A program made the position numbers and the translations under genes. Positions 27,419-36,265 of a stretch of 54,535 bases of DNA are shown one piece after another. How positions within the stretch are numbered: position 1 is the stretch's first letter; every line of letters starts with the position of its first letter. The stretch is from the NCBI GenBank assembly GCA_023269965.1, contig JAGDXU010000019.1, positions 1 to 54,535 of the forward strand. Reading direction: 5' to 3'. The notes beneath the pieces were generated by a model that was not told the DNA's origin, made no database searches, and worked only from the letters and a program-made list of their open reading frames with translations. Origin of the DNA: Candidatus Parvarchaeota archaeon. Its GTDB lineage: Archaea > Nanobdellota > Nanobdellia > Parvarchaeales > Parvarchaeaceae.

Positions 27419-28300
27419 TCAGCCTTTTAGTAGTTTCCATGAGAGGACTACGCTTATTGTAGTAATTCCTATCGCAAATATACCTAGATATAAAAATTCA
27501 TTAAAAAGACTTGTAGATATCGGAATATTCAAAAGAAGGTTTCTGCCGATATTGATTGCAAAGCTAACCGGGTTAACACTTGCGATTGCTTGAAGCCATG
27601 ACGGCATGAATTTTGTTGGAAAGAAAGCGTTGCTCGCGAATAGAAGTGGTAGATTCAATAGATTCACCACCATCATTTGAGACTGCCAGTCTTTTGATCT
27701 TAAAGCGAGCAAAACAAAGAGGGAAGACATACCAAAACTCAGCAAGAAAAGTGCGAGGAAAGTAAGCAGTATTCCTCCAACAGAAAGATGGGCAACAGAC
27801 ATTCCTAACAGGATAGCTATCACTAAAACCACGACTGCCTGCACCAGAGACCTTATGGTGCTGTTCAAAATCTTAGCTATGACTATTGAACCCCTCGATA
27901 CGGGAGTGCTCAATATCTTATCAAGAAAACCGAAACGTCTATCCCATACAATGGACATGCCACTCATCATCGAAGTGAATAGGACAATAAACGCAAGCAT
28001 ACCAACTGCTAAAAATGAAAAGTAATCAGTAGTTCCAAAGGCACTCGTCATAAACAGTGTACCTATTGAGTTCAGAACCTGCTTTGGTATATCAAGTGCA
28101 GTTATATTTATTGAGCTATTTGAGAAGATAGCTCCTAAATTCATAGCTTTTCCGAACAGTCCGAGCCATATCACTGGTTGAACCAGTGACATTATCAGCA
28201 GAAGAGGAACCATATACCACTTCTTCAAATCTCGGTTAGTCAAGGACCAAAGGCTCCTGAGGAAGTATGCAAAACTAGACAATCTTCTTTCTTTTTCCAT
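27419..28300 (-). CDS. ABC-2 type exporter permease
   Basis: 293 aa, 6 TM, immediately downstream of the ATPase gene. Confidence 0.75.
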   Translation of the reverse strand: MEKERRLSSFAYFLRSLWSLTNRDLKKWYMVPLLLIMSLVQPVIWLGLFGKAMNLGAIFSNSSINITALDIPKQVLNSIGTLFMTSAFGTTDYFSFLAVGMLAFIVLFTSMMSGMSIVWDRRFGFLDKILSTPVSRGSIVIAKILNSTIRSLVQAVVVLVIAILLGMSVAHLSVGGILLTFLALFLLSFGMSSLFVLLALRSKDWQSQMMVVNLLNLPLLFASNAFFPTKFMPSWLQAIASVNPVSFAINIGRNLLLNIPISTSLFNEFLYLGIFAIGITTISVVLSWKLLKG

Positions 28301-28302
28301 AT

Positions 28303-29304
28303 TCAGGCCCTGCTCATCCTTATAGTTCTCCTCATGGCAGCTACATCCTCTCCGCTGCTTTCTTCATCTCTAAGAGATCTGCCGGTGTAATCAAGATAAA
28401 CCTCATCCAATGAAGGTTTTTTAAGGCTAAGTCTATCTACAGTGTATCCATTCTTAGATAACATAGATATAAGTTTAGGGGCCAACTCTTCCGACTTCCT
28501 TGTTTTTATCCTGTAATAATCATTAATTTTCTTAGCTTCCAATACGCCTTGTGTGGATTTTATGCGGTTCAAAACCTTAGAATCACTATTCTTTATTGAA
28601 AGCTCAATTATGTCCCCGCCTATACTCTGCTTAAGTTCATCTGGGGTGCCTATCTTTATTATCTTGCCATGGTCTATTATAGCTATTCTGTCGCACAAAG
28701 AATCCGCTTCTTCTAGGTAATGGGTAGTTAAGAAAAGCGTCATCTTATACCTTCTTTTCATCTCCTGGATATATCTCCATACGACCGTTCTTGTCTGTAC
28801 ATCTAATCCTAAAGTAGGCTCATCCAAGAACAGCACCTTTGGATGATTTATCAAACCTATCGCAAGCTCTAATCTTCTCCGCATCCCGCCAGAATACGTG
28901 CTAACTTTCCTTTTTGCGGCCTTTGAAAGCTCTACTACAGACAGTAAATCAGCTATACGCTTCTTGGATTCAGATCTGGGTAGCCCATAAAGATCAGCTA
29001 TAAGCAGCATATTGTCATAACCGGAAAGATCTTCATCCGCAGTATACTCCTGGGGCACGACACCTATCATAGACCTTACAGTGTTTGCTTCTTTAGTTAT
29101 GCTATGGCCAAGTATAACTGCCTCTCCAGATGAGGGTGGTATCAAAGTAGTCAGCATCTTTATAGTGGTGGTTTTCCCGGCTCCGTTCGGTCCTAAAAAT
29201 CCAAATATCTCGCCTTCATATACAGAGAAGCTAATACCATCTACAGCTTTGAGCGACTTAAAAGACTTTGATAAAGCGTTTACATCTATCACTTTGTTTT
29301 GCAT
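28303..29304 (-). CDS. ABC-2 type exporter ATPase (DrrA/CcmA-like)
   Basis: GPNGAGKTT, YSGGMRRRLE and LFLDEPTLGLD. Confidence 0.85.
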   Translation of the reverse strand: MQNKVIDVNALSKSFKSLKAVDGISFSVYEGEIFGFLGPNGAGKTTTIKMLTTLIPPSSGEAVILGHSITKEANTVRSMIGVVPQEYTADEDLSGYDNMLLIADLYGLPRSESKKRIADLLSVVELSKAAKRKVSTYSGGMRRRLELAIGLINHPKVLFLDEPTLGLDVQTRTVVWRYIQEMKRRYKMTLFLTTHYLEEADSLCDRIAIIDHGKIIKIGTPDELKQSIGGDIIELSIKNSDSKVLNRIKSTQGVLEAKKINDYYRIKTRKSEELAPKLISMLSKNGYTVDRLSLKKPSLDEVYLDYTGRSLRDEESSGEDVAAMRRTIRMSRA

Positions 29305-29452
29305 TTACTATCTCATATTTTCAGTATTTAAAAATCTATCGGTTTTAGATATCTAGTTAAGATATTAAATCTCACCTTACTACTTGCTTTGATGATTTGG
29401 CCCTCCATACAGAATTCAATTGAGGCTATAATTATTATTTCAGTGATATATA

Positions 29453-29734
29453 TCAACGCCTTACGCTCAACTTCATATCTCTTAAAAGTTTTATTACTGG
29501 GATAAGAAGTATCTGGAAACTACCGACTATGAAGAAATACACACCCACAGAATAATCATTTCCAGGCAGAAATTGAATGCTCCCAAGAAGGAACTCTAGC
29601 CCTATCATTAAATCATTTATTAAAGAGACTCTGGAGTAAAATTTCATAGCATTGGAATCTCTTTGCACTTTTCTAGATGACTTATGCCTTTTATTCATTT
29701 CTATCACTACAAATTTGATATTTAAATAATTCAA
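29453..29734 (-). CDS. small membrane protein, YrhK-like
   Basis: FLLGSIQFLPGN...YFFIVGSFQILL resembles the YrhK domain. The true start is possibly an internal Met. Confidence 0.4.
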   Translation of the reverse strand: MNYLNIKFVVIEMNKRHKSSRKVQRDSNAMKFYSRVSLINDLMIGLEFLLGSIQFLPGNDYSVGVYFFIVGSFQILLIPVIKLLRDMKLSVRR

Positions 29735-29763
29735 AAGAGAATATTTTTATTGTTGGTTTAATT

Positions 29764-30147
29764 GTGATATCTATGAATTTGTACATTGAATTCGAAGCGG
29801 CATGGGGCATATTCGAAACATTGAATGTTGCGCTAGTCACTCTTTTTTCCATTGTATTGATATACATAATACTGAAAAAGAAGGAGAGCAAAGTTCTCTT
29901 TTTTGCGTGGGCTCTGGACCTTAAAAAGTCTAAAAGCGATATGGATATATTGCTTATTGCTATGGCTTTATTCATTATTGTCTTCTCTATATTTTTCTTC
30001 GGAGAGCTACTGAATCAACTTCCACTGGTGATTTTATCGCAGATTCTCGGTTTAATATCATATATATTGGTATCTTATGTCATCCTTAGATGGGCAAAGG
30101 TATTTTTAAGGTTCATGAAAAAGGTGAAATATGCTACTAGAAATTGA
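29764..30147 (+). CDS. membrane protein (first gene of recurrent module, copy 3)
   Basis: 127 aa. Carries ALDLKKSKSD and the C-terminal LRWAKVFLRFM, similar to copies 1 and 2. Confidence 0.5.
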   Translation: MISMNLYIEFEAAWGIFETLNVALVTLFSIVLIYIILKKKESKVLFFAWALDLKKSKSDMDILLIAMALFIIVFSIFFFGELLNQLPLVILSQILGLISYILVSYVILRWAKVFLRFMKKVKYATRN

Positions 30148-30448
30148 GGGCGTAATTGCGCTTATAGTGGGAGCTTTCGTGTTTTCGTCGATGATAAAGT
30201 TCATAAAAAGCTTTTACAAAGATACAAATCTAGCAATATCGAGAATAAAGCTTTCACCTACTACGCCAAAAGCATTCATCCTGTTCTTGTTGTCTAACCT
30301 GGTGCTTTTGATCCTGTACTCTTTATCCGCAGGTCAAGACAACATAAAATATGGATTACTTGGGGTTATCCTCTACACAGCAATATTTGGATACTTCTTT
30401 TTTATGCTCTATCGTATAGTGAGCGGCAGAAGGCTCAATTTGACTTAG
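30131..30448 (+). CDS. small membrane protein (second gene of recurrent module, copy 3)
   Basis: 105 aa. Overlaps the upstream gene by 17 nt. The ISRIKL loop motif is comparable to VARIRL in copy 2. Confidence 0.5.
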   Translation: MLLEIEGVIALIVGAFVFSSMIKFIKSFYKDTNLAISRIKLSPTTPKAFILFLLSNLVLLILYSLSAGQDNIKYGLLGVILYTAIFGYFFFMLYRIVSGRRLNLT

Positions 30449-31487
30449 ATGCTAAAATGAAAGGTATACTGTAGCCACAGTATTTGCATTTGCCATCTTC
30501 TGTTATATTTACTTCGACTGTGGAAAAAGCATTACGCCTTACAACAACCTTTCCGCAGTTAGGACAGAAAGTATTTTGTCTTTCGTCTCCAAATACATTG
30601 CCAAGGTATACATACTTCATACCTAGACTTTTAGCTAGATTGTAGTGCTTTTCTAGAGTCGATAAGCTTGTCTCTGGAAGATCTAAAAGTTTATAATCCG
30701 GATGGAATCTCAAAAAACTTATAGGTAAGTCCTCCCCAGCTATATCTTTTATCGCCAGGATCATAGATTTAGCATCGTCTAAATTATCACCTATCTTAGG
30801 GACCACAAGATCGGTGATCTCTACGTGAATATTTTTATTAAGCATGCTTTTTATTGTATCAAATATAGGCTCGACGCTTGTTACAGATATATATCTCCTG
30901 TAAAATTCATTGTTACCGTTACCTTTAAAGTCAATTGTAGCAAAATCCAAGAAATCACCAAGAATCTCAACGGTCTCGGGCGTTTCATACCCATTAGTGA
31001 CAAAGATATTTATGAGCCCTTTCTTCCTCGCAAGCAACCCTATGTCCCTTGCATACTCCAAGAATATAGTCGGCTCATTGTATGTGTATGCTATGCCCTT
31101 ACACCCATACTTAACTGCTAGTTCAACTACTTCTTCTGGGGTCATGTCTGTACCTGACACCTTCCTCCTTTGACTTAAATCCCAATTTTGACAGTACTGA
31201 CATGCAAAATTGCAGCCAGTTGTGGAAATAGACAGTATATTACTGTTTGGAAAGGCGTGTAGAACTGGCTTCTTCTCTATAGGGTCTATACCTAAAGATT
31301 CAATCTTCCCATATGCAAGGAGTTTCATCTTTCCATTCTCATTTTTCCTTATACCACAGAATCCTACTTGGCCATCCTTTAGAATACAACGTCTAACACA
31401 CACATCACATCTTAAGCTGCCATTTGGCATCTTATGATATAGTTCAACGCCCCGGTTCCCCATATATCCAAAATGAATAGAACTCAT
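30435..31487 (-). CDS. AmmeMemoRadiSam system radical SAM enzyme
   Basis: The CNFACQYC radical SAM box, N- and C-terminal Cys clusters, and adjacency to MEMO1-like and AMMECR1 genes. Confidence 0.8.
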   Translation of the reverse strand: MSSIHFGYMGNRGVELYHKMPNGSLRCDVCVRRCILKDGQVGFCGIRKNENGKMKLLAYGKIESLGIDPIEKKPVLHAFPNSNILSISTTGCNFACQYCQNWDLSQRRKVSGTDMTPEEVVELAVKYGCKGIAYTYNEPTIFLEYARDIGLLARKKGLINIFVTNGYETPETVEILGDFLDFATIDFKGNGNNEFYRRYISVTSVEPIFDTIKSMLNKNIHVEITDLVVPKIGDNLDDAKSMILAIKDIAGEDLPISFLRFHPDYKLLDLPETSLSTLEKHYNLAKSLGMKYVYLGNVFGDERQNTFCPNCGKVVVRRNAFSTVEVNITEDGKCKYCGYSIPFILASKSN

Positions 31488-31496
31488 TTATATAGT

Positions 31497-32333
31497 CTAT
31501 CTCTTCAAAGAGATCATAGACGCATAGCCGACTACAAATTTACCGCTTGTGCCACCGGAACTGGAATCATCATGTCTTATCAACTCAATTTTTCCGGATA
31601 GATACTTCGTCAGAAGCATTAGTATGGCGATACCACCATAGCCGCATGCTGTTATATTCTCTTTTTCTATTACATCATAGAATCCATCAATATTCAAGGA
31701 GGATATCCTTTCTATCAAATCCATATCTTTCTTGTAGGTGATACTTGATGGTTCATAGTGGTTAAAATCTGAGCTGATTATTAGGACCGCTCCGTCTATG
31801 TAGTTCTTCAAAACTTCGGCTATCATTGCCACAGTGGCCTTTGATTGATCTGCGAGGATTATAGGCACAATAGAAAAGTCATTCTTCACGAAATACTTGA
31901 GAAATGGGAGCTGTACTTCCAAAGAGTGCTCCTTTGCATGCTGTTCATTTGAGATCTTAAAGTTATCATATTCACCTAGCTCACGGACTATTTCTTTGTC
32001 GACTTTAACAGGGCCAAAAGGGCTGTCCCAAGAGTCATTATCATCTAGATAGACAGTCCCATACATGCAGTCATGACATGGACCGATGAGTATGAACCTC
32101 TTAATCTTCCCTTTCAGCTGCTTATATGCTGAGATAGCTGTTAATCCAGAATACTGATAACCGGCATGTGGCACAATCAATCCGATTAAAGAACTATATT
32201 TCACCTCCTCCTTTATCTTGTTTTGACCTGCGGATATAAAATTTAGAATTTTAGTTCTGCTTTCTGGATAGAAAGACCCAGAAAAAGCCATCTCTCTCAT
32301 ATTGATATATTGTATGTACTTGCTTAAATTCAT
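31497..32333 (-). CDS. MEMO1 family protein (AmmeMemoRadiSam system protein B)
   Basis: VPHAGYQYSG motif, about 270 aa. An alternative start lies at MREMAFSGSFYPE. Confidence 0.8.
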   Translation of the reverse strand: MNLSKYIQYINMREMAFSGSFYPESRTKILNFISAGQNKIKEEVKYSSLIGLIVPHAGYQYSGLTAISAYKQLKGKIKRFILIGPCHDCMYGTVYLDDNDSWDSPFGPVKVDKEIVRELGEYDNFKISNEQHAKEHSLEVQLPFLKYFVKNDFSIVPIILADQSKATVAMIAEVLKNYIDGAVLIISSDFNHYEPSSITYKKDMDLIERISSLNIDGFYDVIEKENITACGYGGIAILMLLTKYLSGKIELIRHDDSSSGGTSGKFVVGYASMISLKR

Positions 32334-32352
32334 TCAAATTACCAGGCAGAGA

Positions 32353-33618
32353 TTACTTCTTGTCTATAGAGAGGATCAGTTTCTTGGCTTTGGAATAGAA
32401 AAATTGCTTCGTGCCTTTAACCCCGGCTAAGCCACGCTTGACTGCGTCATCCGCTACCGCAGATGCAACCCTTGGATATATGTCTTTTTCCATCATATTC
32501 GGGATGATGTAGTTCTTGCTTAAACCCTTAGTCTGCGCGAAACTTGCGAGTTCCTCTGCTGCGGCGATTGCTGTGAAATCATCTATCTTTGACGCTCTTG
32601 AATCAAGAACTCCCCTGAATAACCCTGGAAATATGAGGCTGTTATTTACCTGATTTGGATAGTCCGACCTTCCAGTAGACACTATATAAGCGCCTGCTTT
32701 GTAAGCCTCTTCTGGGCTTATCTCAGGTATTGGGTTTGCATTTGCAAAAACAATCGGTTTATCGTTCATTCTCTTTATCAAATTTGGTTTTATTGTCCCG
32801 GGTGCGCTAAATCCAACCACGACATCAGCACCATCAAATGCTCTTTCTAACGTGCTTATTTTTTCTATGTTTGATTTAAAAGCTATATCATATTTCCACT
32901 TGTTCTTTAGCCTTAATTCATCAATATCTTCTCTATCAGAAAACAATGGACCCTTGCTATCACTAACGATGACTCTTTTCATATTTACACCATAGCTACT
33001 TAACACCCTGAAAAGAGCGATATTTGCTGCACCAGCCCCTATCAAGACTATCCTTGCTTCCTTAAGGTCCTTTTCAACAAGCTTTGCTGCGTTTATCAAC
33101 CCAGCCAAAGCAGCCGCTGCAGTTCCTTGCTGATCATCATGCCACACCGGGACTTTTAGCTCATTTTGAAGGCGCTCCAAAACTTCAAAACAGAATGGTG
33201 CTTCAATGTCTTCAAGGTGTATACCCCCTGCCGTAGTTGCGATATTTTTGACCACGTTCACGAATTCATCGACGTTTCTCGCAGATATGGGTATCGGAAC
33301 TGCATTTACCCCGCCAAATTTCTTGTATATAAGCGATTTGCCCTCCATCACTGGAAGAGAAGCTAAAGGACCAACATTCCCCAACCCCAGAACCCTTGTT
33401 CCATTAGTGATTATAAAGATAGTGTTCCATCTCCATGTTAAATCCCAAGATAAACCATCGCTTTTGCTTATAGCTGTTGACACGGCTGCTACACCTGGCG
33501 TATAGAAAATGGACAGATCATCAAGCGATCTCACATTAACAGTAGTATCTAACTTTATTTTACCGTGTGATTTCTTAGAATAGTATATCGCTAGCTTTGA
33601 ATAATCTTTTTTCTTCAT
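32353..33618 (-). CDS. NAD(P)-dependent malic enzyme (short prokaryotic type)
   Basis: 421 aa with FYTPGVA, WHDDQQGTAAAALAGLINA and GAGAANIA. Confidence 0.85.
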   Translation of the reverse strand: MKKKDYSKLAIYYSKKSHGKIKLDTTVNVRSLDDLSIFYTPGVAAVSTAISKSDGLSWDLTWRWNTIFIITNGTRVLGLGNVGPLASLPVMEGKSLIYKKFGGVNAVPIPISARNVDEFVNVVKNIATTAGGIHLEDIEAPFCFEVLERLQNELKVPVWHDDQQGTAAAALAGLINAAKLVEKDLKEARIVLIGAGAANIALFRVLSSYGVNMKRVIVSDSKGPLFSDREDIDELRLKNKWKYDIAFKSNIEKISTLERAFDGADVVVGFSAPGTIKPNLIKRMNDKPIVFANANPIPEISPEEAYKAGAYIVSTGRSDYPNQVNNSLIFPGLFRGVLDSRASKIDDFTAIAAAEELASFAQTKGLSKNYIIPNMMEKDIYPRVASAVADDAVKRGLAGVKGTKQFFYSKAKKLILSIDKK

Positions 33619-33663
33619 AGGGGCAGATAATGTTTATAACAAATCAACAATATAAAACTTACT

Positions 33664-34230
33664 ATGCATATGGAATTAAATAGTGATCAAAAGAGACAGA
33701 TAGTCGAAATCGCTAAAGAAGCTATAAGTTTATATGTCAAGGAGAAAAGGAAACTAGATTTAGGCTATGTATCAAAGAGGATACCAGAGCTTTTCTACAT
33801 GAAAGAGGGAGTGTTTGTAACTATATACAAATTAAAAGAGCTGAGGGGCTGCATAGGTTTTACGTATCCTGTTGAGGCATTCGGAAGCGCCTTAATTGAT
33901 TCAGCAATCCTGTCTGCTTCTGAGGACCCAAGGTTTGATCCAATTCAGCCAGAAGAATTAAAGGATTTGAAAGTAGAAGTGAGTGTCTTGGAAAAACCAG
34001 TGATAGTGAATAAGGATAATATAGAAAAGGAGATAAAAATTGGAGAGGATGGCCTAATAGTCTCATCACCGTTTACCTCCGGATTGTTGCTGCCACAAGT
34101 CGCAATAGAGGAGCAATTCGATGCACTATCCTTTGTCGAAGCTACATGCTTGAAAGCTGGATTAAGTAAAAACGCTTGGAAAGAGAAAGAAACCAAACTG
34201 TTCAAGTTCAGAGCTTGCTACTTCAGTTGA
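33664..34230 (+). CDS. AMMECR1 domain protein (AmmeMemoRadiSam system protein A)
   Basis: LRGCIGF motif, 188 aa. Confidence 0.85.
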   Translation: MHMELNSDQKRQIVEIAKEAISLYVKEKRKLDLGYVSKRIPELFYMKEGVFVTIYKLKELRGCIGFTYPVEAFGSALIDSAILSASEDPRFDPIQPEELKDLKVEVSVLEKPVIVNKDNIEKEIKIGEDGLIVSSPFTSGLLLPQVAIEEQFDALSFVEATCLKAGLSKNAWKEKETKLFKFRACYFS

Positions 34231-34245
34231 TTGTGTACTAAAATT

Positions 34246-34797
34246 CTATGGCGGTAAAGCTAAATGAGCTATGTATGCTGAATAGCCTATATACAACCAT
34301 AGTAAGGCTGCGAGTATGAATAGCACACTAGCTAAAATCAATAAGCCTTTATTCTTCGGATAATACAAAAGTGGGGCAGCAAACAGACCACCGAGTCCAG
34401 TCATAACGAAACCGATCATCGCAAAAAGTGGGGCATCTGTCATGCCAAGGTTATATATCTGCGCGCCTATCACTATAGACATTATAGAACCCAACACGCC
34501 GAATATCACAATGCTATCAAATGCCCAGCGTTTTTCGATTGCGAAGCCGATAGCTAACAGGATTATACTGAAGAAAAGCATTGGCTCACCGAAAGCGATA
34601 TTATAGCTTCCAGGCAGAGGCCACATTAAAACCATTGGCAAGGCAGTTATCAAACCAAGGAAACCAGTTATAAAGAAACCAACCGTATACCTAGAGTACT
34701 CTTTTGGCTTACTAAGCTTCCAGAGAAATAAAGTCAATGTGAACAAACCTGCAGCCAAATCTATCAGCATTATTGTTAAGTAATCTACGAATACCAT
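34246..34797 (-). CDS. polytopic membrane protein, possibly DUF981 family
   Basis: 183 aa, 6 TM, with WPLPGSYNIAFGEP. Confidence 0.4.
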   Translation of the reverse strand: MVFVDYLTIMLIDLAAGLFTLTLFLWKLSKPKEYSRYTVGFFITGFLGLITALPMVLMWPLPGSYNIAFGEPMLFFSIILLAIGFAIEKRWAFDSIVIFGVLGSIMSIVIGAQIYNLGMTDAPLFAMIGFVMTGLGGLFAAPLLYYPKNKGLLILASVLFILAALLWLYIGYSAYIAHLALPP

Positions 34798-34897
34798 AGA
34801 AATAATTATATCACCCCGCTATATAAATTTAACTAATCTTTATTTTATACTACTAATTAAGTATTAATATATAATAAAATCTATAAGCTTATTTGAC

Positions 34898-35338
34898 ATG
34901 GATAAATATCAAGAAGCGTATTCAAGATTAGAAAGGGCACTAAATGAGTTCAATAAAAGAGAACTCTCAGATACCTCTTATTTCGCAGTCTACAAGCGAG
35001 CAAACATGATAGATGATTACATATCAAAATATGAACTGAAACAGTTTAATGACGAGGAAAAACAGATTTCACTGGGGAGGGGGTATGGGATTTCTGCTAA
35101 ATTCAACAGAGTATATTTCAAATCTGTCTGTGTCGCATACTATGATGAAAACCTGAAGAAGACCCTGATAGACTTGGACTTTATGAATAACCCAAACACA
35201 AAGGAGAAATATCTCTTGTCAATTCTAATAAAGATCAACAAATATATCGGAAGAAAAAGATTTGCAGAGCATCAGCAAGAGCTTCGATTAAAAGCGGATA
35301 AAAAGAAAGAACTTAATAGATACAAAAACAATTATTGA
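34898..35338 (+). CDS. hypothetical basic protein, co-oriented partner of the EF-Tu-like gene
   Basis: 146 aa, Lys-rich C terminus, no recognised motif. Its stop is 1 nt before the next start. Confidence 0.5.
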   Translation: MDKYQEAYSRLERALNEFNKRELSDTSYFAVYKRANMIDDYISKYELKQFNDEEKQISLGRGYGISAKFNRVYFKSVCVAYYDENLKKTLIDLDFMNNPNTKEKYLLSILIKINKYIGRKRFAEHQQELRLKADKKKELNRYKNNY

Positions 35339-35339
35339 A

Positions 35340-36260
35340 ATGATAGGCGCATTGTTGACTGGAAAATATGAGCAAGGGATGGATATCCTGTTCCGTAAGA
35401 AGCTAGACAAAATAAACAACGTACAAATCGGCTTATCCGCTATAAACGACGATTTGATTGTATATGCTACAGATTATCCAGATTCTATTAAAGGCCTGAT
35501 TAAAACCCTCTCAATTTGCGATTATGTGATTTATGCGCCTTCAGTCGAAATAAACGCAATAGACGCCGAGCTGGCTTTAGCAATAGAATTTTCAGAAGTG
35601 AAAGAGGGTGTAATGCTTATCGATGAAGCAATGGACATCCAGAAGGTGGAACGACTATTGGGGGATTTGAAGGTCTCTAAGCTGAAAAGAGTGGGTCTAT
35701 CAGGGGTAAAAGAGTTGAATTTTCAACCTATTGAAAGAGCAAATGGAAAGAATAGATATGTCTCCATAGACAAATATTTTTTAGTCAGAGGTATAGGGAG
35801 TGTTTTGATAGGATTTGTATTTGGTGGCGCTGTGAATAAGAATGACAAGCTATTTCTATTGCCTTCTGGAAAACAGGTAACCATCAAAAGCATACAAGTG
35901 ATGGATGAAGATAGAAAGGAGGCCCTTGCCGGTGAACATGTAGGACTTGCATTAAACAATGCGACAGAAAAAGACATGGAAGACAATTATTGCCTTTCTG
36001 ATTCTAAAGATATTTTTGATAAGTTCACAGCGGATATAGAGATGTGTAAATTCTATAATCGCGACATAAACAATTTGGATCTGGCGAGCGCTTTCTACGA
36101 CAAAGAACTTAATCTAAAAATAGAAACAAAAAACATGAGGAATATCTGCTCCTCAAATGAGAAGATACCGCTAACAGACAGTTTACTGCTAATGGACCCA
36201 AGCTTAGGAAAAGGTAAAAATAGGGTCGTCGGCAAGCTTTACAACTTAAAGCAGATGTAA
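35340..36260 (+). CDS. SelB/EF-1alpha-like protein with degenerate GTP-binding motifs
   Basis: An EF-Tu domain II pattern is present (LVRGIGSVLIGFVFGGAVNKNDKLFLLPSGKQVTIKSIQVMDEDRKEALAGEHVGLAL). G1 is degenerate (GALLTGKY). G3 DxPGH is replaced by DYPDS. No NKxD motif is present. Confidence 0.6.
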   Translation: MIGALLTGKYEQGMDILFRKKLDKINNVQIGLSAINDDLIVYATDYPDSIKGLIKTLSICDYVIYAPSVEINAIDAELALAIEFSEVKEGVMLIDEAMDIQKVERLLGDLKVSKLKRVGLSGVKELNFQPIERANGKNRYVSIDKYFLVRGIGSVLIGFVFGGAVNKNDKLFLLPSGKQVTIKSIQVMDEDRKEALAGEHVGLALNNATEKDMEDNYCLSDSKDIFDKFTADIEMCKFYNRDINNLDLASAFYDKELNLKIETKNMRNICSSNEKIPLTDSLLLMDPSLGKGKNRVVGKLYNLKQM

Positions 36261-36265
36261 GCAAC

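Noticed and set aside
27255-27593. Plus-strand 112-aa ORF bridging the SBP start and the ABC-2 permease end
   Set aside because: It overlaps two well-supported minus-strand genes and the promoter region between them. No motif.
29346-29355. 10-nt palindrome tagatatcta, 42-51 nt upstream of the ABC ATPase start
   Set aside because: Too short and AT-rich to distinguish from chance in this composition. It could be an operator, but nothing else supports that.
29385-29450. Possible C/D box sRNA (TGATGA at about 29389) in the gap upstream of the ABC exporter
   Set aside because: No proper D box (CTGA) or C'/D' arrangement at the expected spacing, and no terminal stem. A similar GTGATGA at about 6683 also lacks a D box.
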